Source of the DNA: Lytechinus pictus
Lineage: Eukaryota
Reading direction: 5' to 3'
DNA length: 64,000 nucleotides
Assembly (NCBI RefSeq): GCF_037042905.1
Contig: NC_087252.1
Span: 25,484,001 to 25,548,000, forward strand
Position numbers and translations under genes: made by a program. The notes beneath the pieces are model-generated. The model was given only the letters and a program-made list of their open reading frames with translations, searched no databases and was not told the DNA's origin. Positions 1 through 12,645 of the stretch are shown piece by piece; position 1 is the stretch's first letter, and every line of letters begins with the position of its first letter.

Positions 1-528
1 CTATGACTGCTTCAAATAAGTCTAATAAGATAGTATCATCGGATCCGTTTAGGGTGTTAGGGGGACTTTATTAGTTGCCCAAGAATATCTATCATCATTG
101 TTGTCGCTAGGTTTAAAAAAAAAAAACCAGCTGTGCCAACATCTGCAGGCAAATTTCAATGAAGTTCAGGTTCAGTGATTTTCAAAAGTAGTCGAATGTT
201 CTCGATGCGAAACTCCCGCACACTAACCGATGATAGTGACCTAGCTTTAACCCGTGTTTTCCCATCGATACAATGTTTTCTGATTAGGACACATTTTCAT
301 TCTACATGTATAATAAGGAACAATATGTTTTTCTTAAAAGCAGTAAAGGGGGTGTGGAGGGACTCAATACAAATAATGATAATCATTCACTCTGGTTAGT
401 CATTCCATATTTGGTCTCCTAGGATCCAAGTGACTATATTGTGTACACGTTTATGGAGCCCCCCTCAAAAGACTTGTACACGGTAGTGACTTGGAAGGAG
501 ACGAATTATAGAAATCTGATTGGTACAC

Positions 529-2132
529 TTTTTTTTTCAATATGTTTTTATTAAGGATTTCATCCAAATGAATTACATAAACTGCAGATAAATACAAAAA
601 AAAATACAAATCTTCATTTCATATCAACGAGGATATGCAAAAAGTACATATATATTCACCAAGAACTGAAGCAAATAAGGACGGAATGAAACTCCTTAAA
701 ATTGTACTTTTATATCTGAAAAAAAAATAACTTAACTGAGTCCCCAACCCTCTATGTATTTCAATAATAATCAATGTTAAAAGGCTATATAAATGATTTG
801 CAGGAAAACAGAAATCAACCTAAATGTATTATTGCATCCCCTTTTAAATCAAACTTCAACATAACTTTGCATAATTAGACACACATACACACACCGACCT
901 TAACACCCATACACACATGCAGGTACCACGCATACGTAAACAAACATAATATATACAAATCTGCATAATGAACGTTTAACATTTTGGCGCAATAGGATAC
1001 AGAAAGAAAAAAAAACACCTGCAAATCATATTGATACAAGAGAAGGGGAAATTGAAAAGAACCAGTAAAAAAACATCAACATTCACACCAGGATTCACAC
1101 TCGCACCACACTAGACACATCCCACCTGTTCACATTCAAATTCCTTTTCACCTTCAGTTCATCCCATTTCTGTAAATGTAAACTTAACTTGCCTGACTTC
1201 GTTGCCAGGCGTCTTTCTTCTTCTATACAACCCGTTATATATTTGTGTATTTTAATAAATGACGGTACCCGGCCTTCAGCTCTGGAATTAAAAATTGCAT
1301 ATTTAATAAAAAGAATAACAGAATTGACACATTTAATTCTACAAGAATTTCCAGGTAATCCTAAGAATATTTCCCTCCAATTTAAAGTTCTTAATTCAGC
1401 TAAACAAAAATGATCAATGCAAAACTGCCAAAGAGGTTTAACTTTTATGCAATCCATGAGTATATGAAAGTACGATTCAGTTTTTGTACAACCAAACGAA
1501 CAATAATTATCTCCCACGAAACCAAATCTCATCAAATGTTCTTTTGTATATATTGCTCCATGTAAAAGCATAAACTGAAATTCCCTTTGTTTTCTTATAA
1601 GAGTTGTACTCCTGATACATTCAAATAATTTACAAATTTCTACATCAGTAAAATCAAAATCACTGTGACCATCCTTAAGTGTTAACTTGTATAGCTCGTG
1701 TAGCTTAGTAATAAACAAGTTATAAATTGTTTTTGATTTAATTACTTCAAAAGCTGTTTCCTGTTTTCCAATATTCATAGTTATCCCAAAGTCTACCAAA
1801 TCATTTTTTTTAAACTTTATTAAACTATTAAAATTTTTCCAGCTTGCTGGTATAACGTGCACAATATATATTATTTGGAGAAGTTGATTTGCGGTAATAC
1901 CGAGATTTTGAAAAAAAAGTCACAGGCTTCAAGTGGCCAATAACAAAGATTTGATCAACGCTAAATATTCCTTTATTGAAAAGATCATTGTCAAAAATTG
2001 TTTTACCTTTTATACAAATATGTTGATTATTGAATATAATAGGGTTAACCTCCTCTTCAGAATAACGAAATCTCCTTAAGTCTTGCCAAGCCTTCATCAT
2101 TTCTGAATAAAATGGGGGCATTTTTATATTTA
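529..2132 (-). mobile_element. 5'-truncated L1/Tx1-clade LINE (ORF2 C-terminus with zf-RVT-like CCHC region, 3' UTR, polyA tail)
   Basis: ORFs 1828-2121 and 1095-1862 give PIIFNN..I, CSFGC..ESYFHILMDC, KYAIFNSR and LQKW. T-run at 529 with minus-strand AATAAA nearby. It interrupts the tandem unit at TACAC|GTCTGAC. Confidence 0.88.
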
Positions 2133-2859
2133 ACGTCTGACAAAAACTAACTAATAAATGGCTAGTGTTGAAATATACCTAGTGAGATTACAATAGTCAT
2201 CACAAATGCAATTTATTATGCGCCATATGAATCTCGCTATCAATCTCATTGACGAAAGGGCCATTATTGGTCACATGTCTGACATAAATTGTGACAAATC
2301 ATGACTTTAATTAGGTATAAGTCTAAACATTTTAGAAATTTCTAACTGATTATGATGATAGTGAAGCTTACTTTCATTTTTAAATTAACATGAATTTCAA
2401 AAATAAATCAAACTTTCAGAATAAGGTGTTGATCTGAAGTCACAGACGTGACCCCTTTCCTTTGACCTCTGACCTTGAACCTGCATATTGGAGACAAGAA
2501 ATATTTCCAAACGACGGAACATGTAAATGTTACATAACCTTTGACTGATTAAATCTATAAAAATCTTTAGATTTATAACTGATTAAAGTCATCTTTTCAT
2601 AATTTTGGTCACACAAGAGACCAAGAATGGCGCAAAATGATAGAGGTGAGTTTTAGCTTCATCTTAAAAGTTTCGACACACTTGCTATTACTGATCTCTC
2701 GCTGAAGGGAACAGACCGGTTTACTAACATATTCAAATTTTATGCATACCAGATTAACAAAGTGGATTCCAAGTATTGAAATACCATTGTTAGGTACAGG
2801 TTAATGGAATAACTCGTTACTAGGCCCCGAGGGAAGAAACATCCATAAATCTGACTACA

Positions 2860-3130
2860 TTAGAAAACCGGTCTATTCCATAGCGAGGGCCCCCGCATAG
2901 ATCGATGAATGCCCCCGCCCCACTTTGTTCTACATTTTGGAACTGACAGAAGACCGGATCGAGTAACTGGAGCAGAGAAGCATATAGATGGTGTGTAGGT
3001 GTTGATGAGAGAGGTGTTGTACTGTGGAGCGGGTCCATGAACTGAGTAATATACCAACAAAAGGATTTTCAATTTGACACGTTCACTTATGGGCAACGAA
3101 TGTAAAGATTTAAAAAACATTTGGGTAAAT
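2860..3130 (-). mobile_element. Decayed L2/Crack-type LINE ORF2 C-terminal fragment carried in every tandem unit (also ~4898-5170, ~6985-7230, ~12950-13210)
   Basis: Translation LHSLPISERVKLKILLLVY...GPAP.Y...YTP...LLSVPKCRTKWG...GPSLWN matches the L2-group C-terminal pattern (LHWLP..RI.FK...AP.YL...LL.VP...GP.LWN). Confidence 0.8.
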
Positions 3131-5991
3131 TTGTTATAAAGGCTCACTATACAAGCAGCACAATTCCAGAGTAAAAAAAAAAATTGTAATGCTGTAATTA
3201 AATATCTTCTTCTTCGGTGGCCTTAAAATATTAATCAATCATGATTTTGAGACATGCTGAAATTAAAGAGATCTGATATAGCATGCGTTTTGTCTCTTTG
3301 TAATTTTCAAGAACATTGTTTTGAATTGTTCATTATGCCTAAAAAATCACTTCATATAGAATCAATAATACACATCAGAGAACTTTTTAATCACATGAAT
3401 ATGAATTGGGACTATGACTGCTTCAGATAAGTCCAATAAGATAGTATCATCTGATCCGTTTAGTGTGTTATGGGGACTTTATTAGTTGCCCAAGAATATC
3501 TATCATTGTTGTCGCTATGTTAAAAGAAACCTACCGTGCCATATCGTGTATAAGCCACCTGGGAGTCTTCGAACACCTCCCAATATTTGGAGGCAAATTT
3601 CAATGAAATGTCGGGTTCATTGATTTTGTAAAGAAGTCTATTGTTCTCGATGCGAAACTCCCGCACACAAATCGCTGATAGTGACCTAGCTTTAACCCGT
3701 ATTTCCTCATCAATACAATGTTTTCTGATTACGACACGATTTCATTCTACATGTATAGGCAGAAACAACATTTTTTTTCTTAAAACCAGTAAAGGGGTGT
3801 GGATGGACTCAATACAAATAATGATAATCATTCACTCTGGTTAGTCATTCCATATTTGGTCTCCTTGGAAGTTACTGTAATATTGTGTACACGTTTATGG
3901 AGCCCCGTCAAAAGACTTGTACACAATAGTGACTTGGACGGAGACGAAGTATAGAAATCTGATTGATACACGTCTGACAAAAACTAAATTACACACACAC
4001 ACACACACACATGAAACAAAGCGAATATGAAGACTATTATTATTTATTATATCTGTCTATTATTGGTCTCCCTCGAAACCACTAATATGTGTAAGTCAAT
4101 ATTGTCCTTTAAATAGACTAATACGCAGCCGTGGCTTGGAAGGAGACCAGGTCCAGACAGTTTTTTTTCTCGTTCTCATTGACTGTGTGTTATAAATGGC
4201 TAGTGTTGAAATATACCTAGTGAGATTACAATAGTCATCACAAATGCAATTTATTATGCGCCATATGAATCTCGCTATCAATCTCATTGACGAAAGGGCC
4301 ATTATTGGTCACATGTCTGACATAAATTGTGACAAATCATGACTTTAATTAGGTATAAGTCTAAACATTTTAGAAATTTCTAACTGATTATGATGATAGT
4401 GAAGCTTACTTTCATTTTTAAATTAACATGAATTTCAAAAATAAATCAAACTTTCAGAATAAGGTGTTGATCTGAAGTCACAGACGTGACCCCTTTCCTT
4501 TGACCTCTGACCTTGAACCTGCATATTGGAGACAAGAAATATTTCCAAACGACGGAACATGTAAATGTTACATAACCTTTGACTGATTAAATCTATAAAA
4601 ATCTTTAGATTTATAACTGATTAAAGTCATCTTTTCATAATTTTGGTCACACAAGAGACCAAGAATGGCGCAAAATGATAGAGGTGAGTTTTAGCTTCAT
4701 CTTAAAAGTTTCGACACACTTGCTATTACTGATCTCTCGCTGAAGGGAACAGACCGGTTTACTAACATATTCAAATTTTATGCATACCAGATTAACAAAG
4801 TGGATTCCAAGTATTGAAATACCATTGTTAGGTACAGGTTAATGGAATAACTCGTTACTAGGCCCCGAGGGAAGAAACATCCATAAATCTGACTACATTA
4901 GAAAACCGGTCTATTCCATAGCGAGGGCCCCCGCATAGATCGATGAATGCCCCCGCCCCACTTTGTTCTACATTTTGGAACTGACAGAAGACCGGATCGA
5001 GTAACTGGAGCAGAGAAGCATATAGATGGTGTGTAGGTGTTGATGAGAGAGGTGTTGTACTGTGGAGCAGGTCCATGAACTGAGTAATATACCAGAAAAA
5101 GGATTTTCAATTTGACACGTTCACTTATGGGCAACGAATGTAAAGATTTAAAAAACATTTGGGTAAATTTGTTATGAAGGGTCACTATACAAGCAGCAGA
5201 ATTCCAGAGTTTAAAAAAATTGTAATGCTGTAATTAAATACCTTCTTCTTCGCTGGCCTTAAAATATTAATCAATCATGATTTTGAGACATGCTGAAATT
5301 AAAGAGATCTGATATAGCATACGTTTTGTCTCTTTGTAATTTTCAAGAACATTGTTTTGAATTGTTCATTATGCCTAAAAAATCACTTCATATAGAATCA
5401 ATAATACACATCTGATAACTTTTTAATCACATGAATATGAATTGGGACTATGACTGCTTCAGATAAGTCCAATAAGATAGTATCATCTGATCCGTTTAGT
5501 GTGTTATATGGGGACTTTATTTGTTGCCAAAGAATATCTATCATCACTTGCCGTGCTTGATGTCGCTAAGTTTCAAACCCTTCATATTTGCACGCAAATT
5601 TCAATGAAATGTCGGGTTCAGTGATTTTGTAAAGAAGTCTTTTGTTCTCGATGCGAAACTCCCGCACACCAATTGATGATAGTGACCTAGATTTAACCCG
5701 TGTTTCCTCATCGATACAATGATTTCTGATTACGACACGATTTCATTCTACATGTATAGGCAGAAACAACGATTTTTTTTTCTTAAAACCAGTAAAGGGG
5801 GGTGTGGGGGACTCAATACAAATAATGATAATCATTCACTCTGGTTAGTCATTCCATATTCGGTCTCCTTGGAAGTTACTGTAATATTGTGTACACGTTT
5901 ATGGAGCCCCCTCAAAAGACTTGTACACAATAGTGACTTGGAAGGAGACAACGTATATAAATCTGATTGATACACGTCTGACAAAAACTAA

Positions 5992-6025
<34 letters not shown>

Positions 6026-8064
6026 AAACAAAGCGAATATGAAGACTATCGTTATTTATTATATCTGTCTATTATTGGTCTCCTTCGAAACCACTAATAT
6101 GTGTGAGTCAATATTGTCCTTTAAATAGACTAATACGCAGCAGTGGCTTGGAAGGAGACCATGTACAGACAGTTTTTGTCTCGTTCTCATTGACTGTGTG
6201 TTATAAATGGCTAGTGTTGAAATATACCTAGTGAGATTACAATAGTCATCACAAATGCAATTTATTATGCGCCATATCAATCTCGCTATCAATCTCATTG
6301 ACGAAAGGGCCATTATTGGTCACATGTGTGACATAAATTGTAACAAATCATGACTTTAATTTGGTATAAGTCTAAACATTTTAGAAATTTCTAACTGATT
6401 ATAATGATAGTGAAGCTTACTTTCATTTTTAAATTAACATGAATTTCAAAAATAAATCAAGCTTTCAGAATAAAGTGTTGGCTGAAGTCACAGACGTGAC
6501 CCCTTTCCTTTGACCTCTGACCTTGAACCTGCATATTGGAGACAACTAATAATATTTCCAAACGACGGAACATGTAAATGTTACATAACCTTTCGCTGAT
6601 TAAATCTATAAAAATCTTTAGATTTATAACTGATTAAAGTCATTTTTTCATAATTTTTGTCACACAAGAGACCAAGAATGGCGCAAAAAGATAGAGGTGA
6701 GTTTTAGCTTAATCTTAAAAGTTTTGACACACTTGCTATTACTGATCTCTCGCGGAAGGGAATAGACCGGTTTACTAACATATTCAAATTGTATGCATAC
6801 CAGATTAACAAAGGTTGCCCCTAACAACCGGAAAGTTTGCCCGATGTTTGTCCGACGTAGCGACAACTAATGTATGCAAAGTGGATTCCAAGTATTGAAA
6901 TACCATTGTGAGGTACATGTTAATGGAATGACCCGTTACTAGGCCCCGAGGGAAGAAACATCCATAAATTTGATTACATTAGAAAACCGGTCTATTTCAT
7001 AGCGAGGGCCCCCGCATAGATCGATGAATGCCCCCGCCACTTTGTTCTACAGTTTTGAACTGACAGAAGACCGGATCGAGTAACTGGAGCATAGAAGCAT
7101 ATAGATGGTGTGTAGGTGTTGATGAGAGCAGGTCCATGAACTGAGTAATATACCAGAAAAAGGATTTTCAATTTGACACGTTCACTTTTAACATGGGCAA
7201 CGAATGTAAATATTTAAAAAAACATTTGGGTAAATTTGTTATGAAGGGTCACTATACAAGCAGCACAATTCCAGAGTAAAAAAAAAAATTGTAATGCTGT
7301 AATTAAATATCTTCTTCTTCGGTGGCCTTAAAATATTAATCAATCATGATTTTGAGACATGCTGAAATTAAAGAGATCTGATATAGCATGCGTTTTGTCT
7401 CTTTGTAATTTTCAAGAACATTGTTTTGAATTGTTCATTATGCCTAAAAAATCACTTCATATAGAATCAATAATACACATCAGAGAACTTTTTAATCACA
7501 TGAATATGAATTGGGACTATGACTGCTTCAGATAAGTCCAATAAGATAGTATCATCTGATCCGTTTAGTGTGTTATGGGGACTTTATTAGTTGCCCAAGA
7601 ATATCTATCATTGTTGTCGCTATGTTAAAAGAAACCTACCGTGCCATATCGTGTATAAGCCACCTGGGAGTCTTCGAACACCTCCCAATATTTGGAGGCA
7701 AATTTCAATGAAATGTCGGGTTCATTGATTTTGTAAAGAAGTCTATTGTTCTCGATGCGAAACTCCCGCACACAAATCGATGATAGTGACCTAGCTTTAA
7801 CCCGTATTTCCTCATCAATACAATGTTTTCTGATTACGACACGATTTCATTCTACATGTATAGGCAGAAACAACATTTTTTTTCTTAAAACCAGTAAAGG
7901 GGGTGTGGGGGACTCAATACAAATAATGATAATCATTCACTCTGGTTAGTCATTCCATATTTGGTCTCCTTGGAAGTTACTGTAATATTGTGTACACGTT
8001 TATGGAGCCCCCTCAAAAGACTTGTACACAATAGTGACTTGGAAGGAGACAAAGTATATAAATC

Positions 8065-9148
8065 CAGTCAGTCCGCAAGCCCCTGTGTTAATGAGCAAAT
8101 GAGCAAGATTTATCCAAGTCCTCTCGTGGCTGAATTCATGTCCCTGCAAAATCTCGTGAATTGTGAGACTTTCTTTCTCAAAGAATTTAACCACTTTCTC
8201 CTTGAGTAATATTGATTATTTTTGTACCATGGGCAAGAGTGAATGTTACTCTTATATATTGGTCATTTCTTTTGAATGAAATATTTTGATAAATAAGTGA
8301 ATTTTTTACCTGAAAAGATGCATCAAACAGAATTTTCTTCCTCTGTTTTCACTTGCAAATTGTGCAACATTTTGTGTTTTAGGCACCAACATTATTTATA
8401 TCATCAGAAAGCTCAAACTCTATACTTTCTTACAATGTCACTCTTGATGTGTGGCATCTTTTAGATGGGTCAGCAGCCAGCTTTTTCCATCAAGATGCAA
8501 GACGAGATTTCTGAAATTTCTGAGTAACATAAAATCCAGAGTTTTGATTGGCTGAATACTGTTTTCAAAACAAACAGGCGCGGGTAATTTGAAGAGATTA
8601 CCACATGGTGAGTGTGACCTTGCAGAGGCCCAGTGTGGGGAACATTGGAATTTGCGTGGGTGTGTGGTCTCTATGACCAATCAGAGCGCAGTATTCTTGT
8701 TTTTGAGCTGCAAAATGTACTTGGCCTATGAAAAGCTGGCTGCTGACCCATCTAAAATACATCTTCTTATAAAAATTATATCATATTAAAGCTTAGATCT
8801 TCAGCTTTATCATGATTTAAATTTTTTTTGTGCCCAAACAGAAATTAAGTGTGAAAACAACAACTTTTGTTGCATGAAAAAAAATATTTTGTTTCATGTT
8901 TTAGATCAAAAGTTTTTCCTATATTACAACATTCTTTTAAAAATCCAAACACATGACCTAAAAGAATGATTCTTCTTCTTTACAAAGATACCAAAAACAT
9001 GAAATTTGGTAAATATTTAGAGCAGCAATGGCCGAATAAAAAGAGGTGTTTTGGTTCGCACCAAGCTCATTAACTATGCAAAAACCCTCTAGTCATGAAT
9101 ATCACTTGGATAAAAGAAGCTACTTTTTCAGGGCTTGCGGACTGACTG
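8065..9148. mobile_element. Non-autonomous DNA transposon, 18-bp perfect TIR, 4-bp TSD
   Basis: CAGTCAGTCCGCAAGCCC ... GGGCTTGCGGACTGACTG. AATC is duplicated at 8061-8064 and 9149-9152. The empty site TATAAATCTGATTG is visible in another unit (~5955). Confidence 0.92.
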
Positions 9149-9349
9149 AATCTGATTGATACACGTCTGACAAAAACTAAATTACACACACACACACACA
9201 CACACATGAAACAAAGCGAATATGAAGACTATCGTTATTTATTATATCTGTCTATTATTGGTCTCCTTCGAAACCACTAATATGTGTTAGTCAATACTGT
9301 CCTTTAAATAGACTAATACGCAGCAGTGGCTTGGAAGGAGACTTTATAA

Positions 9350-12300
9350 ACAACATAAATGTGTAATAATCTCATAAGCCCTATGCAAGCTAAAAAAATG
9401 TAATTTTATGTATTTTGTCCTGAAAATTGAAAGTTCTGGGCAATGTTTGTGACCAGAACGCGTTATGTAACTAAATAATTACCATGAGCGCGTTCAGCGC
9501 GATCAGAAGTGTTCAATATGCATTCTGGCCTAGTCGAAAAGAGACCTGTTAAGGACGTTTTGCAGTTAGCCATTAAGACGATACATATTTCAACGATTAA
9601 ATAATGTGAGTGCGAAGCGCGAGCTGAACATTTTTGATATTCCAACCTAAAAAGATGAGATTTTAAACCCCCCAACGGGACACTCGAGTCATGTTTTGTC
9701 AATCATGAAAAAGGATGGGTAATTTTTGGTATCTTCATAATGCGAGCGCAAAGCGGGGGCAGAAAATATTTGATATTCTGATCTGAAACTGGATAATTTT
9801 AGTACGTTTTGAATAAGATCAAGCTGCGTATCTAAAAAAACATGCGTGCGCTTGTTTTAGAGTTAGACAGAATCTGCATTCTGAATACATTTCATTTTTC
9901 ATCATGAAAATCAATAGTGCGAGCGCAGAGCGCGAGTTGAAAATAATATTTGAAATTCCGATATTAAATGAGTCAATTTAAGCACTGTGTATATACGGAA
10001 ATTGTGTCGTCGATGTGGATAGCACTAAATGATGCGAGCGCGAAGCGTGAGCTGATATTTTATTATCATTCTAACCTAGGATCGAGACATTTTAGGCCTA
10101 AGGATATTTTGTCATCATGAAACAATGATGACTATCTTCTATTTCTTTTCCTAAAACTGTCGATATTTATTCATGAAAAAGGGACACTTTAGTTATTATG
10201 AATTCATGAAAATTTTATTTCATATTTATTAATCTAATAAGCCTAATGAGTGTGTGAAATTTGTTGACAGTGTATGAGGCCTGAAAACTGGAAATTTTAA
10301 GAATTTTTGTAATCATGAATAGGATTCATTGGTTGATATATTGTTAGCAAATAACGAGAGCGCAAATCGCGATCCGAAATTGTTAAATGGGGGGGGGGTG
10401 GATTTCAGTAGTTTGTTACAGAATTATTATATAGGTGTACATAACTCACCAAAATGCGAGAGCACATCGCTATTATAGGCCTTCATTTTTTTTATAGAAT
10501 CGAGACACCTGAAAAGGAATATTTAAATAATCTTATATAAAATACAAAAAGACAATAGGTAGGCCTACATAGCAAATAATGCGAGCGCACAAAATGTTGC
10601 AAATGTTGATTCACACCATGAAACGGACGTTTTCCAGAGCACTTAAAAAAATAAATTGGTAAATAAAAAAACAGAAGAAAGAGCGATGTCCGAGCTGAAT
10701 TATGTTTTGTATATTGACTTCAAAACTTGATATTTTGACCTATATATCAGTCTATATTGACCGAGATATGTATCTCATCGAACAGGCAATGCGAGCGTGA
10801 TGCACGAGCTAAATTTTAATATAGTGACATTAAATATTTTCAAAAAGTATTTTCCAAGTCTTCTCCTGACCTTATTTTATTCACTCGTCTTCCTCCTTTT
10901 ATGTTTCGTCTTTTTTGCCTCCTAACTTTCCCCTTCTTTTTCTTTCTTTCCCCGTTTTCCCCAATTTATTTGCTCCGTCAATAGGGGGAAGGGCCTTCGG
11001 GCCCCCTGGATCCGCCTATGTTAGTAGTTGTTATGATGAACACGATGCATATCTATTAAGAAATGAATTCGAGCGCGAAGCGCTAGCTGAAAACTTTTAT
11101 AATGATAGAATGAAAAATACATTTTCAGTTGTCAGGTTAGAATATTAAATATTTTCAGCTTGTGCTTCTCGTTCGCATAAAAAACTGTGAGGTCGGGATG
11201 CCTATATAACTAAACAATTTATTGATGCCAGCGCGAGCTCACTTTTTTATATACTGACTTAAGAAAGACTAAGGTATTATTCCTATTCTAATTGCTTGTC
11301 CTTTTTTCTCTTCTTTTTTCTGTTTCTTACCCCTTTTTTGCGCCACCATGGGGGGGGGGGGGGGGGAATCTTTGCCTCTTGGATCTGCGTATGTATGTTG
11401 ACTTGAAAAACACTAACACTTACATGTGGGATTGATACAGAGGATGCATACCTCACTGATGAAATATTGCGAGCGCGTAGCGCGAGCTCAATTTGATAAT
11501 AACCCTTTTATATTGTTTATGTCTATTATCGTAAAAACGGGATACTTTTCTTTCTTTTTTTTTTCTTTCTCTTATCCTAATTCCCCTTCCTTTCTCTTTC
11601 TTTCTCTCTTTCTGTCCCCCTCTTCCTTTCCCCTTTTCTTCTTATCTTATTTTCCTTCCTCCTCTCTTTCTCTTTTCTTCTCTTTATTTTCCCCTTTTCT
11701 TCTCTTTTTTTTCTTGTCTTCCTTTCCCCCCTTTTCTTCTCTTTTCCCCCATCTTTTCTTTCCCCCTTTTCTTCTCTTTTTTTCCCGTCTTTTCTTTCTC
11801 TCTTTTCCTCTCTCTATTCTTCTCTTCCTTCCCCCTTACTCTCTCTTGTTTTCTTCTCTTTTCCTCTATTCCCCTCTCTCTTTTCTTATCTTTCTTCCCA
11901 TCTTCCTCTCTTTTTTAATATTATTCTCTTCCTTCCTCTTTTTTTCTTCTCCCCCCCCCCTTCTTTTCCCTCTTCCAATTTTCTTCTCTTTCCCCTTTTT
12001 CTTTCCTTCCCCCTTTTCTCTTTTAATCTTATTTTTCTTCTCTACCTCTCTTTCCCCCTCTCTTTTTCTTCTCTTCTTTTCCCCTCTTCCTCTCTCTCTC
12101 TCTTTTCTTATCTTTCTTCCCATCTTCCTCTCTATTGAAATATTATTCTCTTCCTTCCTCTTTTTTTTTCGTCTTTTTCCTCCTTTCTCCTTTCTTTTCT
12201 TCTCTTCCTTTTCCCTCCTCTCTTTTTTTCTCTTCTTTCCCCTTTTCTTCTCCCTTTTTCTTTGTCTTTCTTTCCCCCTTTTTCTTCTTTTTTTTCTCTT

Positions 12301-12645
12301 CCTTTCTCCCTCTTACTCTCTATTCTATTCTCTTATTTTCCCATCTTCCTCTCTCTCTCTCTTTTTTTCCGCTCTTCCCCCCTCTTTTTTTGAGCTGGGG
12401 TGGGTGGGGGGGGGGGGGGGGTGAGGCAGTTCCCCCTCGGCCCCCCATGGATCCGCACCTGATAGAACCCCATGGTCTCGTATCATTTGACCTTTGGACC
12501 TCTCGATGACATTTGATATATCTGATCATAATTTTACTCACACTGCGGACTATCGGACCCGCGGTCTATCGGACCTGCGGACTAACGGACACGCGGTCTA
12601 TCGGACCCGCGGACTATCGGACCCGCGGTCTATCGGGATGTCCCC
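9350..12645 (-). mobile_element. Copy of a long non-autonomous element (GGGGACATCC terminus, 16-bp subterminal repeats, polypyrimidine tract); inverted relative of 61329-64000
   Basis: 12541-12645 is the reverse complement of 61329-61450. 10380-11530 matches 62830-64000 in reverse. The left boundary is approximate. Confidence 0.85.
11545..12395. repeat. ~850 bp CT-rich polypyrimidine low-complexity tract
   Basis: Almost exclusively C/T on the + strand; it produces the spurious F/L/S/P-rich ORFs. Confidence 0.95.

Noticed and set aside
11426..12509. 332-aa F/L/S-rich ORF and overlapping K/R/E-rich ORFs (also 61482-62670 and 53153-53866)
   Set aside because: Translations of polypyrimidine/polypurine tracts that lack stop codons by composition; not membrane proteins.
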